The notes under the pieces were generated by a model. It searched no databases. It had not been told where the DNA came from and saw only the letters and a list, made by a program, of their open reading frames with translations. DNA of 64,000 nt from Candidatus Krumholzibacteriia bacterium. GTDB taxonomy: Bacteria > Krumholzibacteriota > Krumholzibacteriia > JAJRXK01. The DNA is taken from positions 64,147 to 128,146 of the forward strand of contig JAOZPE010000003.1 of assembly GCA_029932915.1 (NCBI GenBank), in the 5' to 3' direction. Each line of letters starts with the position of its first letter. Position 1 is the stretch's first letter. A program made the position numbers and the translations under genes. Below are positions 58,785 to 64,000 of the stretch, piece after piece.

Positions 58785-59801
58785 TCAGCCGCCCAGTTGG
58801 ATCATGCGCAACTTGGCTTGCCCGGGCAACTCGCCGATTCGACCGCTTGCGATGGCCTTCAGCCGTTCCTCGCTATAGCGATCATCGCGGTTCGACCATG
58901 TACTGGCGATCCGCTGGCGCAGATCGGCGTCGTCCCTTCCCTCTCGCATGGGCGTGCGCAGGTCGTGGCCGTCGTGGGCGAAGAGACAGGTGACGAAACG
59001 CCCGTCCGCGGTCAGCCGCCCTCGCGAGCATCCCGAACAGAACGGATCACTGACCGAGGAAACCACCCCGAACCGCCCTCCCTCATCCGCCAGGGGATAC
59101 TCGCGCGCCGGAGCGTCCCGGCGGGAACGCCCCTCCCGGTCGAAGTCGACATGCGCGGCGAGACGCTCGAGGATCTCCCGGCGGGTGACCGTCCGCTCCA
59201 GGCTCCATTCCTGCGCCCCGCCGACATCCATGTACTCGATGAAGCGGATCTGATGTCCCTCGCGGCGGGCGAACTCGAAGAGGTCGACGATCTCGTCGTC
59301 GTTCACCCCCCGGATCACCACCATGTTCAACTTGATGGGCTGCAGACCGGCTTCCCGGGCAGCATCGATGCCGGACAGGACGGCCCCCAGTTCCCCCCAC
59401 CGGGTCATACGGCGGAATCGCTCCGGGCGCAGACTGTCCAGGCTCACGTTCACCCGCTTCAGTCCCGCGCGTTTCAACTCCCTCGCCCGGCTCACGCTGA
59501 GCAGGGTCCCATTGGTCGTCAGGCTCAGGTCCTCGAGCTCGGTGATCAGTGCGAGCATCTCCACCAGCCGGAAGAGATCGTGGCGCAGCAGCGGTTCACC
59601 CCCGGTCAGGTGGATCCGTCTCACTCCCAGCGATACGAAGATCCCGGCCAATCGCGCGATCTCCTCGTAACGCAGGATCTCCTCTCTCGGCGACCATTCG
59701 TAGTCGTCGTGCGGCATACAGTACGAGCAACGGAAATTGCACCGGTCGGTGACGGAGATCCTCAGATCCCGCAGGACTCGTTGAAGGCGGTCACGCAACA
59801 T
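58785..59801 (-). CDS. moaA: GTP 3',8-cyclase (molybdenum cofactor biosynthesis protein A)
   Basis: 338 aa; radical-SAM CNFRCSYC; GGEPLL; C-terminal second-cluster cysteines (CSGCSRGRLTADG...C). Confidence 0.9.
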   Translation of the reverse strand: MLRDRLQRVLRDLRISVTDRCNFRCSYCMPHDDYEWSPREEILRYEEIARLAGIFVSLGVRRIHLTGGEPLLRHDLFRLVEMLALITELEDLSLTTNGTLLSVSRARELKRAGLKRVNVSLDSLRPERFRRMTRWGELGAVLSGIDAAREAGLQPIKLNMVVIRGVNDDEIVDLFEFARREGHQIRFIEYMDVGGAQEWSLERTVTRREILERLAAHVDFDREGRSRRDAPAREYPLADEGGRFGVVSSVSDPFCSGCSRGRLTADGRFVTCLFAHDGHDLRTPMREGRDDADLRQRIASTWSNRDDRYSEERLKAIASGRIGELPGQAKLRMIQLGG

Positions 59802-59986
59802 GGAGGGATGCTACTCGAAACGCGCGGCACCCGGCAAGCGCCGTGGCGGTGATGCTCTCCGACGAGAACGGGTATCGCGTGGTATGGGTGTCTTCCACGT
59901 CTTCCTCCGGGTTCAACGACGAGAGAGGGGGCCCGATGAAGGCCCCCTCTCCTCTGCAATCAGCCACGGTCGCATCGCTGCCGTGC

Positions 59987-60499
59987 CTACTCCTGGGTCG
60001 GCGCCTCCGTCGGCAGGCTCAGGTGCTGAACCAGGGGAAGCTCCGAGAAGATCTGCAGGTCGACCAGAGAATTGATGACGCGATCCACCTGATAGAAGCG
60101 CGCGGCGACGACCGCCCCGAGCTCTTTCTTGATCTTCTTGTAGTACTCCTGACGCAGGGAGTACCTGTCCTTCTCCACCTTGAACACGTTCTTCATGATG
60201 CTCTCGGCCCTCTCATCGTTTATCGAATTGTAGTTGGCCGCATAGTCCTTGATCAGAGCGATGCGCTGATCGCCGATCTTGCTCACCTGGTTCTGGAAGT
60301 CGCGGAAGATGGGCCAGAACACTTCGCCCTGGGCATCGGTCAGTTCCATGGCCTCGGTGAAAACGGCAGTGACATTCGACCGCAGATCCTGGCGCATGAG
60401 TTCAAGATACTGTTCGGCCGTCTGGTCCTGGGCCAGGACCGGGCTCACGAACGAAACGATCAAGGCGACGCCCAGCAGGGCCAGCGCAAACTTCTTCAT
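59987..60499 (-). CDS. Periplasmic LTXXQ-motif protein (Spy/CpxP-family-like)
   Basis: Start reassigned to MKKFALALLGVALIVSFVSPVLAQ at 60499 with strong RBS (ggaggagagg). Helical, K/E/Q-rich; MELTDAQGEVFW contains LTxxQ; visibly lower GC than its neighbours. The 276-aa ORF-track start is an upstream extension. Confidence 0.6.
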   Translation of the reverse strand: MKKFALALLGVALIVSFVSPVLAQDQTAEQYLELMRQDLRSNVTAVFTEAMELTDAQGEVFWPIFRDFQNQVSKIGDQRIALIKDYAANYNSINDERAESIMKNVFKVEKDRYSLRQEYYKKIKKELGAVVAARFYQVDRVINSLVDLQIFSELPLVQHLSLPTEAPTQE

Positions 60500-60735
60500 G
60501 AAAAACCTCTCCTCCTGAGGATCGTCCACCCCTCGCGTCGAGAGGCGGTGTTCGTCAATGACACGGACCTGAAGATAGCGCGAAGCGTGGAATGCGCAAG
60601 AAGAGGGCAGGAAGGGCCCTGGAGAAGCTTTTTCGCTCTCTCGACCCTGCCCGGACACGCGGGCATCGACCCGAGACAAGAGACGATCGGCGGGTGGGTG
60701 AAGGGAGAGGGGCCGAACCCACCCACCCGCGTTCC

Positions 60736-61484
60736 CTAGCTCACTCCACTCAACTTCGAGCGGGTGATCTCCCGGTTGAGCATGGCGATGAAGTCGATGC
60801 TGATCCCCTTGGGGCACACCGCCTCACACTCGGTGTGGTTGGTGCACGCCCCGAAGCCCTCGGCGTCCATCTGGGCCACCATCTTGTCAACCCGTATCAT
60901 CCGTTCCGGTTGCCCCTGGGGAAGCAAAGCGAGATGACTGACCTTGGCCGCGACGAAGAGCATCGCACTGGCGTTGGGGCACGAGGCGATGCAGGCTCCG
61001 CAACCGATGCACGCCGAAGCGTCCATGGCCCGCTCAGCGTCATCCTTCGACACGGGGATGGTGTTGGCATCCTGGGGGTTCCCCGTCGCCACCGAGATGT
61101 ATCCGCCCGCTTGCAGGACACGATCCATCGCGCTGCGGTCGACGACGAGGTCCTTGACCACCGGGAACGCCTTCGCGCGGAACGGCTCGATGGTGATGGT
61201 GTCGCCGTCCTTGTAGGCCCTCATGTGCAACTGACAGGTGGTGGTCTCATCCCACGGACCGTGCGGGCGGCCGTTGAGGACGAGACTGCACATCCCGCAG
61301 ATCCCCTCGCGGCAGTCGTGATCGAAGGCGATGGGATCCTCACCCTCGTGGATGAGACGCACGTTGAGATCGTCGAGCATCTCCAGGAACGACTGGTCGG
61401 GGTGGACGTCCTTCACCTCGTAGGTGACGAAGCCTCCCTTGTCCTCGGGGCCCTTCTGACGCCAGATTTTCAGCTTGAGATCCA

Positions 61485-61485
<1 letters not shown>
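60736..61485 (-). CDS. sdhB: Succinate dehydrogenase / fumarate reductase iron-sulfur subunit
   Basis: Start reassigned to [12 protein letters not shown] at 61485. [2Fe-2S] CREGICGMC, [4Fe-4S] [12 protein letters not shown], [3Fe-4S] [12 protein letters not shown]. Confidence 0.85.
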
Positions 61486-63395
<1,910 letters not shown>

Positions 63396-63407
63396 GACGG
63401 CTTCCTC

Positions 63408-64000
63408 CTAATGCACTTTCCCCATGAGGATCGCCAGGGGAATGGCAATGTTCCCGGCGGTGACGAGGATGGCGACGAACCAGGCCAGGCCGCGCCGCCA
63501 CGAGTTGTACTTGGGATTGGAGACGCCGAGGGTCTGGAACGCGCTCCACACCCCATGATACAGATGCAATCCCAGAAACAGCATGGCGATGACATAGAAC
63601 GCGGTGACCCACCACACACTGAAATTCGCCAGCATGTTGTCATGGACCGCGCCGTGTTCGAACTGACCGCCGGGGAAGATGTCGCCCGTGGTGAGATTCA
63701 ACATATGGAAGATGATGAACACGGCGATGACCACACCGCCGATGCGCATGGTTCTCGAAGCGAGAGTCGAAGCCACCGGCTCGACGACCTTGTACTTGAT
63801 GGGTCGGGCCGAACGGCTCATGAGCCAGGTGACGATCGCCGACCAGATGTGGAACAGCGCCAGACCGATCAGGGTGATCCGGAAGATCCACAGAACCTGG
63901 CCGCGCGCGAAGACCGGATAGCCGACCGTGCGGAGGAACTCCCCGTAGACGTCGATCTTGTAGACGCCTTCATGGGCGGGATAGAAGATCTTGAGGTTGC
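63408..64000 (-). CDS. sdhC: Succinate dehydrogenase cytochrome b subunit (b558-type), N-terminus beyond the window edge
   Basis: The frame stays open to the window end upstream of the listed 137-aa ORF (...NLKIFYPAHEGVYKIDVYGEFLRTVGYPVFARGQVLWIFRITLIGLALFHIWSAIVTWLMSRSARP...); multiple TM helices with conserved His residues; 13 nt upstream of sdhA. Confidence 0.7.
   Translation of the reverse strand, partial: NLKIFYPAHEGVYKIDVYGEFLRTVGYPVFARGQVLWIFRITLIGLALFHIWSAIVTWLMSRSARPIKYKVVEPVASTLASRTMRIGGVVIAVFIIFHMLNLTTGDIFPGGQFEHGAVHDNMLANFSVWWVTAFYVIAMLFLGLHLYHGVWSAFQTLGVSNPKYNSWRRGLAWFVAILVTAGNIAIPLAILMGKVH

Noticed and set aside
59843-60739. 298-aa plus-strand ORF overlapping the Spy-like gene
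   Set aside because: Antisense to a gene with signal peptide, strong RBS and LTXXQ motif. The plus-strand product has no features and runs into sdhB antisense.

Overview
GC-rich (by eye roughly two-thirds G+C) bacterial chromosomal segment with about 58 protein-coding genes and no long non-coding stretch. I found no rRNA, tRNA, CRISPR array, transposase or integrase by eye. The low end is a long co-directional minus-strand array: truncated tatD, holB, an EnvC-like M23 activator, ftsX, ftsE, two SurA-like parvulin chaperones, mfd and a NUDIX/eIF-2B-family fusion. The rest is a mosaic of envelope and secreted proteins plus core metabolism: MoxR-DUF58-BatA, two OmpA/porin-like pairs, a TSP3-repeat OmpA protein, an S1-like protease lipoprotein, an ECF sigma/anti-sigma/DUF4252 module, thyA-folA, Ppx/GppA-DUF47-PiT, moaA and sdhCAB (sdhC runs off the 3' edge). 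Gene content (Bat-type MoxR/DUF58/VWA operon, ECF+DUF4252, TSP3-OmpA, membrane-fused spermidine-synthase-like protein) suggests an FCB-group/Gemmatimonadota-like organism; this is inference only. The most unusual features are two gene fusions. One joins a RuBisCO-like protein (form IV-like, KDDQ in place of KDDE) to a C-terminal metal-binding cupin domain (31063-32637). The other joins a NUDIX hydrolase to an eIF-2B/MtnA-family sugar-phosphate isomerase domain (11371-12627). The fusion parts match the RLP, cupin and MtnA steps of the methylthioadenosine-isoprenoid shunt / methionine-salvage chemistry, so an undescribed pentose-phosphate or methylthio-sugar salvage route is plausible. Other points worth a second look: tandem paralogous secreted proteins downstream of batA, a standalone EgtD-like methyltransferase, a CGHC-motif lipoprotein, a beta-helix repeat protein next to a multi-META-domain protein, head-to-head overlapping start codons on an ATGCAT palindrome (Sir2/hydrolase), two lower-GC divergent intergenic regions, and perfect inverted repeats in a 363-bp intergenic region. 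Many very long ORFs in the six-frame track are antisense artefacts of high GC and were rejected.
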